Part shown: positions 41,123-50,341 of the stretch, piece after piece | Layout: the number at the start of each line of letters is the position of its first letter | How positions within the stretch are numbered: position 1 is the stretch's first letter | Source: Bryobacterales bacterium | GTDB taxonomy: Bacteria; Acidobacteriota; Terriglobia; Bryobacterales; UBA6623 | Direction: 5' to 3' | Assembly (NCBI GenBank): GCA_965248235.1 | Contig: CBDFIU010000004.1 | Coordinates: 961,898-1,025,897, forward strand | Length of the DNA: 64,000 bases | Notes under the pieces: generated by a model | What the model was told of the DNA's origin: nothing | Seen by the model: the letters and a program-made list of their open reading frames with translations, nothing else | Databases searched by the model: none | Translations under genes and position numbers: made by a program

Positions 41123-44100
41123 TTGAGCTTAGGGCCCGTGGTAAGACTTCTTTTTCGACCCGGAAGAGCGGTGGGGTGCCGGTGGAGCAAGCCCCCCGGC
41201 CCGGCATGTCTTGCCGTCGTTACGTTGTTTTTGCTTGCCCCCCTCCACCTCTCGGCCCAAACCGCCGCGGGGCGTCTTTCAGGTACGGTGCTCGACCCCA
41301 GCGGAGCCGCCGTCCAAGACGCGGCGGTTACCGTTCGCAGCGACGCTTCCGGGGCCGTTTTCAGTGTTACGACCTGGTCCTCGGGGAGCTTCTCGGTGAT
41401 CGACTTGACGGCCGGGACCTACGCCGTCGAAATCGAGGCCCCGGGTTTTCGCCGTCACGTCGCGACACAAGTCAAGGTCGACATTGCCGGCGAGACGTCG
41501 CTGCCGCCGGTGCGGCTCGAGTTGGGGGAAATCAGCGAGGTCGTCGAAGTCGAGGCGGGCGTCAACCAAGTGCAAACGACGACCGCCGAGTTAACCTCGA
41601 CGGTCACCAAAGAGCAGATCCAGCATCTGCCGCTGATCGGACGAAATCCGCTTTCCCTGGTTTCTCTCGAGGCCGGCACCGCCTACGCGGGAGCCAACCC
41701 AACCGTCATCAACGGCATGCGGACGTCTTTCAGCAACGTCACCCTCGACGGCATCAACATCCAAGACAATTTCATTCGCTCTGACGCGCTGGATTTCATT
41801 CCCAACCGCGTGCTGATTGACCAAATCAGCGAGTTCACGATCACGACACAGAACGGGAGCTCCGCGGTCGGCGGCGGGTCGTCTCAAGTGAACTTCAGCA
41901 CGCCGTCGGGAACCCGCGATTTTCACGGCAACGTTTATTTGCATAACCGCAATTCGAAATTCTCCGCGAATGAGTGGTTCAGCAATAAGACGGGTCTGCC
42001 CAAGCCCTTGCTGAATTTGAACCAATTCGGCGGCTCGCTGTCGGGGCCGATCGTGAAGAACAAGCTGCTGTTCTATACGAACTACGAAGGGTTTCGGCAA
42101 CGCGCCGAAACGTTGGTCAATTCCGTGATCCTCACCCCCGAGGCTCGCCGAGGCATCTTCACCTATCGCGACAACCAAAACCGTGTCCAAAAGATCAATG
42201 TCTTGCGAGCTGTCGCTATCAATGAAGATCCCGAGGTGACGAACATTCTGGCTTCGGTTCCGGGGCCGGAGCGGATCAACAATTTCGACGCCGGCGACAG
42301 CGACCGCGGCCTGCTGCGCAATACCGCCGGATACCGCTTCAACGCCCAAAATAACGGTGATCGCGATGCTGTCACCAACCGTCTCGACTACGTGGCTTCA
42401 ACGAAACACATCATTAGCGGAACCTACCAATATTCCCGCGACGAGCCCGACCGTGCCGACATCGGCAACGGCTTCCACCGCGTTCCGGTCATCAAGGAAT
42501 TCAGCCATACGCAATTGCTCTCGCTCGGTTGGCGCTGGAGCCCGAGCCCGCGATGGTCGAACGAGCTGCGCGGGGGCTTTAACATGGCGCCGGGAGAATT
42601 TCGCACCTTCGAACAGCGCGGCTCGCCGTTGATCGGCGGTTTCTCGTTTACGAATCCCGTCGTCAACTTTGAGCCCCAGGGCCGGTTCACCGACACCTTC
42701 AATTTCATGAACAACACGTCGTATCAGCGGGGCAATCACAACCTGCGTTTCGGCGCTTGGTCGCAGCGTGTTTACGTCGAAAGTTTCAATAGTGCCGGGA
42801 CAACGCCGGGCTTCAGTCTCGGCGTCAGCCTCGATAGCCCCTTCGCGTTGAGCACGCGATTCTTTCCCGGCGGGATCTCCGGGGCCGATATGGCGGCGGC
42901 CGAGGCACTGCTCGCGACTCTCGGCGGCCTGGTGTCAAGCGGTTCACGGACCTTCAACGTTCCGTCGCGCGACCAGGGATTTATTCCCGGCGCCGAACTG
43001 CGGCGTAATTTCAGACTCAACAGCCACGCCTTCTACCTCACCGATTCCTGGCGCGTTCGCCCGCGGCTGACCGTGAATGTGGGCGTGCGCTGGGAAGACG
43101 TCGGCCGCGTCGAAGAGCGCGACGGGCTTACCTTGAGCCCCGTGATCGGGCCGGGAGGCGTCGTCGAAACGCTGATGAGCGACGCGACCATCGACTTCGC
43201 GGGCTCGGCGGTTGGGCGACCGCTCTACGGTAGAGATCTCAACAATTTCTCACCGAACATCGGTATCGCCTATGACCTGTTCGGTAACGGTAAGACGGCC
43301 TTGCGCGCCGGCTACAGCATTAACTACGTAGTTGACGAGTTGATGCAGACCACCGACAATGCCACCGGCGCCAATGACGGTTTGCAGGCTTTCCCGAATC
43401 TTCGGAACCTGAACCTGCGATTGAGCGACGCCCTGCCCTCGTTTGAAACGCCTGAGTTCAAGGTCCCCCGCCGATCGAGCGAAAACCTGGCTGCCAACCC
43501 CGGCTCGGCGCTTTTCGCCGTCAATCCCGACCTGCGCACCCCCTATGTGCAGCAGTGGAACTTCGGCATCCAACACGAAGTGATGCGTAACACCGTCTTC
43601 GATGTACGCTACGTCGGCAACAAGGGGACGAAGCTGTTGCGCGGCTTCGATTTCAATCAGGTGATTGTTCGGGAGAACGGTTTCTTGGAGGACGTAATTC
43701 GGGCGCGGAACAACGGCTTTCTGGCCCTCGATCGTTTTGGAGAGTTTGATCCCGAGTTCAATCCGGCCATCTTGGGAAGCCAACCCCTGGCGGTCTTTCC
43801 GCGGCTCGACCAGGGCGGGCTGATTTCAGACCCGGGTATTCGCTCGCTAATCCGATCCGGCGAGGCCGGGGCGCTGGCCGCGCTCTACATCTTCAACTCG
43901 GATCTTTTCTTGGCGGAAAGCGACGTGCGCTTCCGTCGCAATCCCGACACGCTGGTCGCCGATTTGATTACGAATTTCTCAAACAGCAGCTACCACGCCC
44001 TGCAGGTGGAACTGCGCCGACGCGCCGCGAGCGGGTTGCAGTTCCAAGCCAACTACACGTTTGGAAAAGTTCTGACGGATTCAAGCGGCACCGGCGTTCG

Positions 44101-44782
44101 TTTCGACCCCTTCCTCGATTTCGCGCGGCCGCAACTCGAACGCGCCCGCGCGACCTTCGACGTCAATCACGTTTTCAACGCCAATTTCGTTTGGCCGCTG
44201 CCCTTCGGCGCGGGGCAGGCCTTGAATCCTTCGAAGGCGCGTCGGCTGGTTGAGGGTTGGACGTTGTCTTCTATCTTGACTTGGCAGTCCGGCGCGCCGC
44301 TGTCGATCCTTTCGGGCCGGGGGACCTTGAACCGAACCGCGCGCTCTTTTAAGAACACCGCCTCGACTGCCCTGACGAAAGGCGAACTGGATCAAGTCGT
44401 GGGACTCCGCATGACCGACGACGGGCCATTCTTCATCGATGCCTCGGCCATCAGTCCGCGCGACAATAGCGGCGTGGCCGCCGACGGCGACGATCCTTTC
44501 GCGGGGCAAATCTTCTTTCACCCGGGGCCCGGCGAGTTGGGCGGCCTACAGCAACGACTGTTTTCCGGTCCCTCCGCCTTGGCTTTCGATTTGGCGTTGG
44601 ACCGAACGATTCGGTTCAAGGAAACCCATTCGATTCTGCTCGGCGTCAAGATCGCCAATGCCCTCAATCATCCGTCGTTTTTCTCGGGAAGCCACACCAT
44701 CGGCTCGCCGCAATTCGGTCGCCTGGGAAGCGTGTTGGTCGGCGCGCGGGTGATGGAATTTCAGATGCGCTACAGCTTCTGA
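41123..44782 (+). CDS. TonB-dependent receptor, Oar/carboxypeptidase-regulatory-like type
   Basis: GRLSGTVLDPSGA, LPL.GRN, LDG, NQFGGSL.GPI, SPNIGIAYD, terminal Phe; start uncertain. Confidence 0.9.
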   Translation: MSLGPVVRLLFRPGRAVGCRWSKPPGPACLAVVTLFLLAPLHLSAQTAAGRLSGTVLDPSGAAVQDAAVTVRSDASGAVFSVTTWSSGSFSVIDLTAGTYAVEIEAPGFRRHVATQVKVDIAGETSLPPVRLELGEISEVVEVEAGVNQVQTTTAELTSTVTKEQIQHLPLIGRNPLSLVSLEAGTAYAGANPTVINGMRTSFSNVTLDGINIQDNFIRSDALDFIPNRVLIDQISEFTITTQNGSSAVGGGSSQVNFSTPSGTRDFHGNVYLHNRNSKFSANEWFSNKTGLPKPLLNLNQFGGSLSGPIVKNKLLFYTNYEGFRQRAETLVNSVILTPEARRGIFTYRDNQNRVQKINVLRAVAINEDPEVTNILASVPGPERINNFDAGDSDRGLLRNTAGYRFNAQNNGDRDAVTNRLDYVASTKHIISGTYQYSRDEPDRADIGNGFHRVPVIKEFSHTQLLSLGWRWSPSPRWSNELRGGFNMAPGEFRTFEQRGSPLIGGFSFTNPVVNFEPQGRFTDTFNFMNNTSYQRGNHNLRFGAWSQRVYVESFNSAGTTPGFSLGVSLDSPFALSTRFFPGGISGADMAAAEALLATLGGLVSSGSRTFNVPSRDQGFIPGAELRRNFRLNSHAFYLTDSWRVRPRLTVNVGVRWEDVGRVEERDGLTLSPVIGPGGVVETLMSDATIDFAGSAVGRPLYGRDLNNFSPNIGIAYDLFGNGKTALRAGYSINYVVDELMQTTDNATGANDGLQAFPNLRNLNLRLSDALPSFETPEFKVPRRSSENLAANPGSALFAVNPDLRTPYVQQWNFGIQHEVMRNTVFDVRYVGNKGTKLLRGFDFNQVIVRENGFLEDVIRARNNGFLALDRFGEFDPEFNPAILGSQPLAVFPRLDQGGLISDPGIRSLIRSGEAGALAALYIFNSDLFLAESDVRFRRNPDTLVADLITNFSNSSYHALQVELRRRAASGLQFQANYTFGKVLTDSSGTGVRFDPFLDFARPQLERARATFDVNHVFNANFVWPLPFGAGQALNPSKARRLVEGWTLSSILTWQSGAPLSILSGRGTLNRTARSFKNTASTALTKGELDQVVGLRMTDDGPFFIDASAISPRDNSGVAADGDDPFAGQIFFHPGPGELGGLQQRLFSGPSALAFDLALDRTIRFKETHSILLGVKIANALNHPSFFSGSHTIGSPQFGRLGSVLVGARVMEFQMRYSF

Positions 44783-44891
44783 GGGGCTGTGAAAAAATGC
44801 GGACTGTACCGAGCGCCGACCGAATAAGTTCCATTGAATCAGTAACCGCATCCGGCGCGAAGTGGACTGTACCCGATTTTTTCACAGCCCC
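44783..44891. mobile_element. MITE, 109 bp, TGA target duplication
   Basis: Perfect 16-bp TIR GGGGCTGTGAAAAAAT; TGA at 44780-82 and 44892-94. Confidence 0.8.
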
Positions 44892-44906
44892 TGAGCCCGC
44901 GGCACG

Positions 44907-44968
44907 AAAAACGGCCCGGTGTATGACCGAGAGGGAGGAGACTCGGGTCGGAATCACACACCGGACCG
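44907..44968 (-). terminator. intrinsic terminator with UCUCCUCCCU loop
   Basis: 15-bp outer stem whose G-U pairs only work on the minus strand, 5-bp inner stem, followed by U5. Confidence 0.7.
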
Positions 44969-45281
44969 CATGAGCCCTGGTGGCTCGTGGGGACGATCCT
45001 CCGCGGCGGCGGGTGAGAGTGTGCCCGCTCATACTTCCCGACCCCGTCCGCGTCTGAACAACAGTCGAAAAGTCACCCGCCGCCTACGGATCCACGCCCC
45101 CTCTGGGGGAAGCAAACCCATCCATCGACTCCGCCAAACCCGGCTCGCGCAACGCCGCGCCTCGTCTACCCGGTATCCACCGCCCTGCCGGGCGATTTTA
45201 CGAGCCGTCGTAACTGCCGCGCCGAATCCGGCGGAGTCGAGTTTCGAAGAGGCAGAAGAGGTGTCATATTCACCGCTTCGC
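44907..45281 (-). ncRNA. candidate sigma-54-dependent structured small RNA
   Basis: Promoter, several 8-15 bp stems and a terminator, with no convincing CDS. Confidence 0.45.
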
Positions 45282-45291
45282 CCCATAGGCG

Positions 45292-45348
45292 AGCATTTCG
45301 CGGGCCAAAACCGCCGCCCTATTGTCGACTTTTGTTATCAATCACTTA
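45292..45348 (-). promoter_or_regulatory. sigma-54 -24/-12 promoter with IHF site
   Basis: TTGGCCCGCGAAATGCT (GG-N10-GC) at 45308-45292; TATCAATCACTTA at 45336-48 matches WATCAANNNNTTR. Confidence 0.55.
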
Positions 45349-45425
45349 CATGGGGACGGTCGCGCCGGTGTGTGTCCCGCGGGGGCAGGCCCGTGTCGCC
45401 GCGACCCGCTTGTGAGAAATGCGGG

Positions 45426-45749
45426 TTAGAACGAGAGAGTTCCCGTTCGGGCGACTTCTTCCTGGTTCGGTAGATAGAGAGTTTGGCAGCGCTCGCAGCG
45501 GTAGACTTCGTCGCCCGCTTCCAGGCGAGAGGAAACTCCGTCGCCGTACTCGTACCAACGCTTCAGGTGCCCGCGGCAAATGTTGTTGTTTTTGCCGGGG
45601 TTGTTGCAGGCGCGCTGACGCGGAACGCGGCGTTTCAGCTTCGTTCCGTCGGCGAGAGTCGTCAACAGATGGGAATCCGGCTCTTCGGCCTTTTCTTCAG
45701 CCTTGTCGGGGGCGGCCTTCGCCGTCGTGCTTGCGGTTTCTTCTGCCAT
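45426..45749 (-). CDS. small hypothetical protein, probable zinc ribbon
   Basis: Charged N-terminus; C-x9-C-x2-H and CERC. Confidence 0.65.
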   Translation of the reverse strand: MAEETASTTAKAAPDKAEEKAEEPDSHLLTTLADGTKLKRRVPRQRACNNPGKNNNICRGHLKRWYEYGDGVSSRLEAGDEVYRCERCQTLYLPNQEEVARTGTLSF

Positions 45750-45897
45750 TGCGATTGGGTTCAGCGGTCGGTAGGTTTGCAGAGATGAACCAGCGGCCGG
45801 ACAGCCAAAACGAGTATAACAAGTAGTTGCCCGATCCTGCCGATGATGCTCCTGGGAGCGCTCGCGCCGGAAATCAGTGACCGCACTCGCTCAAATC

Positions 45898-46344
45898 ATG
45901 AAGAAAACTTGCGCCACCTACGACGATGTCAACCTGGTGATTCGACTGTACGAGTTGCGGCGCGAGGAGAAATTGCGCGAGGCGCGGGCCTGGTTCGCAT
46001 CTAAGTTTGAGGCCAAAACGGTCAAGGAATTCAACAAACTCTGTCCCGCCGGTTCCGAGGAAAACGGTCTCTTCCTCACCGTGGTTACCTACTGGGAATT
46101 GGCTGCGTCCTTCATCACGAGCAACGTCTTGCATGCCGAATTGTTCTTCGAAACCGGCGGCGAACTCTTCCTCGTTTGGGAGCGCGTCAAGAACATCGTT
46201 CCCGAATTCCGCAAGAGCCGCGAAGACCCCACGCTGCTGCGTAACCTCGAAAATGTGGCGGAGCAATACGAAGCTTGGCTCGACACTCCGAGGCCCTCCA
46301 AAAACGAGCCGCCCAAGCCGAGCCGAATACGTACGGGCCCGTGA
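45898..46344 (+). CDS. hypothetical protein (DUF4760-like)
   Basis: D..L.IRLYELRRE.KLREAR.WF, YWE.AAS, GE. Confidence 0.7.
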   Translation: MKKTCATYDDVNLVIRLYELRREEKLREARAWFASKFEAKTVKEFNKLCPAGSEENGLFLTVVTYWELAASFITSNVLHAELFFETGGELFLVWERVKNIVPEFRKSREDPTLLRNLENVAEQYEAWLDTPRPSKNEPPKPSRIRTGP

Positions 46345-47422
46345 GCCAATGCCCCCAAATAGCGTTGCAGCGCCGACCGGGACAATTTCGGAAGACATAA
46401 CACGAAAAGCCGCACGGGCGCGCAAACCGCGCGGACGATAATATGATCTATCGTCTAGTGGACTGTTCGAGGGCAGTTCTACGAATGGAATGTTTTCTTG
46501 AGCCTAGGATCGATTTGAACGAGCGCGCGGAAAAACACGTCCTTTCGCCACTCGCTCCAATGTGAGCCCAACATCGGGCGTAGGAATGGCACAAACAATT
46601 TCCAGAACCCTGGGTTGTAGATCCAGTATCTGATGCGCGTCATCAGCAAGCCGTACACGCAGAAAACGACACCGTAGGCCACAAAAAGCCAAGCGCCCTC
46701 GCTGGTGAAGGCCCCCCCTCACGAGCATGTATCCCAGACTCGCTACTGTTATCATCACGCCCACGACCGTCATGCTGAATGTGGCGCGGCGCGTGCGGGC
46801 TTTCGCCTCCGCTCGCTGCACTTTCCACTTGTTCAAGACGAGGCCCACCGCGTCGTGTCCCAGTGTGTAGCAGGTGATGGTCTGGTTCTCCCGCGTCCGG
46901 ACTTCTTCGCGCCGGAGGATCCTGCGTTCATCGTCGGATAAATACCCCATCATCGTCGCGAAGGGAACCCGGCATTTCGCCGTTTGGGCCGCTAACTCCA
47001 GGACGTCGACCCGCTGGCGCTCCGTGGTCGAAGTGCCGTCGACTTGCGTCCGAGCAACCATCCCCAGCACATCTCCCCAGCGCACCGCTTCATCTACGAT
47101 CAGCGAGCCGGACACTCCGTTCTGGCGCGCGCCTTCCATCAGCGATTGCGCCACTTGCTGTTCGATCTGGCCCTCCACCCCTCCCAGGTATTCATAATCG
47201 TCTTCGGAAATGATCCAGGTGCCTTCTTTTTTTTAGGTGCTTTCCCACAGTCGATCGCAAACGATTTGCAAGGCGGGAAGGATGCCGCCGGAGAGGTTGG
47301 CTGCCAGCAAGTCGTCCGTGATCCTTTTAGGCACACTAGGCTCATAGGAAAACCGAAAATGCCAGCTTGGCGCACCAACACCAGCCACGCTATGTTTAAG
47401 CGTGGGCCTCGTAATTGCTTCG

Positions 47423-48458
47423 GATGGGTATTTACTTGACTCAGGTGACCACAAGATGTAGGATCGGGGAAATGGAAGATTATCCTCGGAATCTGGCCGA
47501 GTTCGAGGCGCGTTTCGCCACCGAGCAGGCCTGTCGAGAGTATCTGTGTCAACTCCGCTGGCCGGAGGGTTTTCGTTGTCCGCGATGCGGGCACGACAAA
47601 GCGTGGGCGGTGCGGACAGCGCTGCTGGAGTGCGCCGGCTGCGGGCATCAAGCTTCTCCAACGGCGGGCACAATATTTCAAGACACCCGCCAACCCCTCC
47701 AGAGTTGGTTTCGAGCCATGTGGTGGCTCACGAGCCAGAAGAACGGGGCGAGCGCGCTGGGCTTGCAGCGGGTGTTGGGCCTGGGCAGCTACAAAACGGC
47801 CTGGACTTGGTTGCATAAGCTCCGGCGCGCCATGGTGCGGCCCGGACGCGATCGGCTCAGCGGGCGCGTGGAGGTTGACGAGACTTACTTAGGAGGCTTG
47901 GAGGAGGGCGTGCGCGGTCGCCAAACCGACGCTAAGGCGCTGATTGTAGTAGCGGCCGAGGAAGATGGTGCCGGCATCGGGCGGGTTCGGATACGCACCA
48001 TTCCCAACGCCTCCGGGGACGGCTTGATGGCCTTCGTCGGCGAGTCGATCGAACCCGGCAGCGTGGTCCATACCGACGGTTGGCTGGGATACGAACCGCT
48101 CGAAGGCGACGGCTATCGCCACGAGGTGAGCTACCTGGAGGGGCAACCGGCGCGCGCCTCGAAACTGCTCCCCCGGGTGCACCGCGTGGTGTCGTTAGTG
48201 AAGCGCTGGATACTGGGCACGCATCAAGGAGCGGTCAGTCACGAGCATCTCGACTCCTACCTCGACGAATTCGCCTTCCGCTTCAACCGCCGCAAGTCCA
48301 GAAGTCGAGGCAAGCTCTTTTACCGCCTGGTTCAACAGGCCGTCGCCGTGCCACCGGCACCCTACAAATCGCTGGTCGGAGGCACCGCGACACGCGCTTC
48401 GGACGACCACAACATGTAGGGGCTATTTCCCAATACCTGAGTCAAGTAAATACCCATC
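47423..48458 (+). mobile_element. IS1595 family element, copy 2
   Basis: Same 24-bp TIR; perfect 8-bp TSD TTGCTTCG. Confidence 0.95.
47472..48419 (+). CDS. IS1595 transposase
   Basis: RWPEGFRCPRC zinc ribbon, VEVDETY, TDG, YLDEF.FRFNRR. Confidence 0.95.
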   Translation: MEDYPRNLAEFEARFATEQACREYLCQLRWPEGFRCPRCGHDKAWAVRTALLECAGCGHQASPTAGTIFQDTRQPLQSWFRAMWWLTSQKNGASALGLQRVLGLGSYKTAWTWLHKLRRAMVRPGRDRLSGRVEVDETYLGGLEEGVRGRQTDAKALIVVAAEEDGAGIGRVRIRTIPNASGDGLMAFVGESIEPGSVVHTDGWLGYEPLEGDGYRHEVSYLEGQPARASKLLPRVHRVVSLVKRWILGTHQGAVSHEHLDSYLDEFAFRFNRRKSRSRGKLFYRLVQQAVAVPPAPYKSLVGGTATRASDDHNM

Positions 48459-48512
48459 TTGCTTCGATCAAGTCATTCCGGCCGAGCTCTGGCAGCAGAT
48501 AGTCGCACACTA

Positions 48513-49606
48513 TTGAGTCTCGCATAATATCCTGTCAGTCGAGAGCAAGAGAAGACTGTTTCCAAAAGGCGGTGATCAAACGGGGTTTGCGGCGCATGCG
48601 CCGCGGCGCCTTGCGGGCTCGCTCGTCCAACTCCCAATAGTCCTTCGGACACACATTGGGCAACTCGTGCTGCTTCCAGTACGCCCAGCTGTATTCCACC
48701 GGATTCAACTCCGGCGCATAAGCCGGCAAATACTCGGTCACGATGTGACCCTCCGACAGTGCGATGAACTCTTGCACCATCCGGCTGCGGTGCGCCGGCA
48801 GGCGGTCCCAGACGATCAACAACGGGCCGTCGATGTGACGGACCAAAGCCTTCAGGAAGTCGATGACTTCGAGTTGGCCGATCGCGCCGGGATAGAGCCG
48901 GAAGTAGAAGTTGCGCAACGTCAGCCCGGCCGAAACGGAAAGCTTTTTCCAGTTGAAGTTGAACTCCAGCAGCGGCGTCTGCCCGCGCGGCGCCCAGCTG
49001 CGGCAGCGATGCGGCTTCTGGCTCAATCCGCTTTCGTCGATGAAGACGATCGTGCGACCTTGTGTTGGGGCTTTTTTTTAATGGCGGGCCACTGGTTGCG
49101 CTTCCACTCGCGGATGCCCTGCTCGTTGCGCTCGCGCGCTTGGCCGACGGGCCGTTGCGGGCTCCAGTCGAGCGCCCGCGGGATTTTCCACACATGGCCT
49201 TGGTGATAGCGCACGCCAAACTCGTCTTGGATCAGACGCACCACGCGCGGACAGGTCTACAACGGCGTTGGGAAGCCGTGCGCCTCGGGGCCTTCGAGCA
49301 GCAGGGTCTCGAGGCGTTCGAGCTGGGTGGGGGCTAACAGCGGCTTGCGGCCGGCGCGGCCGGCGGCGCGGAGCCCGGGCTCGCCTTGATCGCGGTAGCG
49401 TCGCCGCCACTCACTGACGGTTTGTCGGGCGACTTTGAGCCGCCGGGCGGTTTCGGACTGATTGAGTCCTTGATCGAGCCAGCGCATCGCCTCGAAGCGG
49501 CGTTTCTCCAGCGCTTCGAAATCGCGGCGCTTTCCTTTTGGTGTTTCCATACATAGAACTACGTACGGCAACCTCAAAAGGTGTCATGTTATTTTGCGAG
49601 ACTCAA
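48513..49606 (-). mobile_element. IS630 family element
   Basis: TIR TTGAGTCTCGCAWAATA; TA on left flank only. Confidence 0.85.
48535..49550 (-). pseudogene. IS630 transposase (programmed A7 frameshift plus nonsense codon)
   Basis: HTH, DESG, WDRLPAH, LPAYAPELNPVE; TAG at 49257-59 in place of the expected Trp. Confidence 0.85.
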
Positions 49607-49621
49607 TGTATAATATGGAGG

Positions 49622-49906
49622 ATGGTAACAAACAGGTCGACAAGCAAATTGCCGCCTCTCAACATTAAGGACCCCGAGGCCTATCGCTTGGCGCGCTGTC
49701 TTGCTGATCTAACCGGCGAATCACTAACCGAAACGGTGAGGAGTTCGCTCAAAGAGCGGCTATCTCGCGAACAGTGCCGCCGCCCCGATCCGACCGTTCG
49801 AGAGAAGCTGACCGAAATCGCCGATCGTTGCGCCCGTCGGCCGGTCCTTGATTCTCGAACCGACGACGAAATCATCGGCTACGACGAGCACGGTCTACCC
49901 AGGTAG
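49622..49906 (+). CDS. vapB: VapB antitoxin (Rv0623-like)
   Basis: LNIKDPEA.RLA..LA..TGESLT, DEIIGYDE.GLP. Confidence 0.9.
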   Translation: MVTNRSTSKLPPLNIKDPEAYRLARCLADLTGESLTETVRSSLKERLSREQCRRPDPTVREKLTEIADRCARRPVLDSRTDDEIIGYDEHGLPR

Positions 49907-49912
49907 GGAGTC

Positions 49913-50311
49913 ATGGTCGTCGACACGTCCGCGATCGCGGCGATCCTCGGCGGCGAGCCCGAAAAAGCTTGGTTTCTAGGGGCGCTGCAGACCGGAGGCA
50001 CCCGTCTCATGTCGGCTCTTACCGCGCTCGAGGCGGCAATGGTGATCGAGGGGCGTTACGGGCCGGATGGCGGAGCGGACCTCGACTTACTTGTCTATAC
50101 GGCCGGAATCGAAGTTGTCCCTTTTGACAGCCGACAAGCCGAAACAGCGCGTCTGGCATGGCGCCGATTCGGGAAGGGCAATCATCCCGCGGCGCTGAAC
50201 TTCGGTGATTGTTGCGTGTACGCTCTCGCGAAGACTAGGGGAGAGCCCGTGCTGTGCAAAGGCAACGACTTTCGGCGCACCGACTTGGCGGTCGTACCGT
50301 TCGACGAGTAG
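49913..50311 (+). CDS. vapC: VapC PIN toxin (VapC30-like)
   Basis: VVDTSAI, FGKG.HPAALNFGDC..YALA, KGNDF..TD. Confidence 0.93.
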   Translation: MVVDTSAIAAILGGEPEKAWFLGALQTGGTRLMSALTALEAAMVIEGRYGPDGGADLDLLVYTAGIEVVPFDSRQAETARLAWRRFGKGNHPAALNFGDCCVYALAKTRGEPVLCKGNDFRRTDLAVVPFDE

Positions 50312-50341
50312 AACCCCGAGGCTGCAAGCTAGGCGCGTGGT

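Larger units (their letters stand above)
46479..48510 (-). pseudogene. C-terminal half of an nSTAND1-like NTPase with two C-terminal TM helices, interrupted by IS1595
   Basis: YLLPELGRNDLI|EAITRP in frame across the IS; LPALQIVCDRLWE; TAA at 47233-35; YEYLGGVEG; TLGHD; frameshift near 46715. Confidence 0.7.

Noticed and set aside
30833-44891. CRISPR array or integron attC cassettes
   Set aside because: Repeats are dispersed, have no regular spacers, and no cas or intI gene is present
45029-45286. 85-aa Arg-rich minus-strand ORF
   Set aside because: Starts upstream of the predicted sigma-54 transcription start and has non-protein-like composition; not fully excluded
40038-48458. Composite transposon bounded by the two IS1595 copies
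   Set aside because: Each copy has its own distinct TSD, so the block did not move as a unit
49070-49082. A7 frameshift in the IS630 transposase as an anomaly
   Set aside because: Programmed frameshifting is normal for IS630
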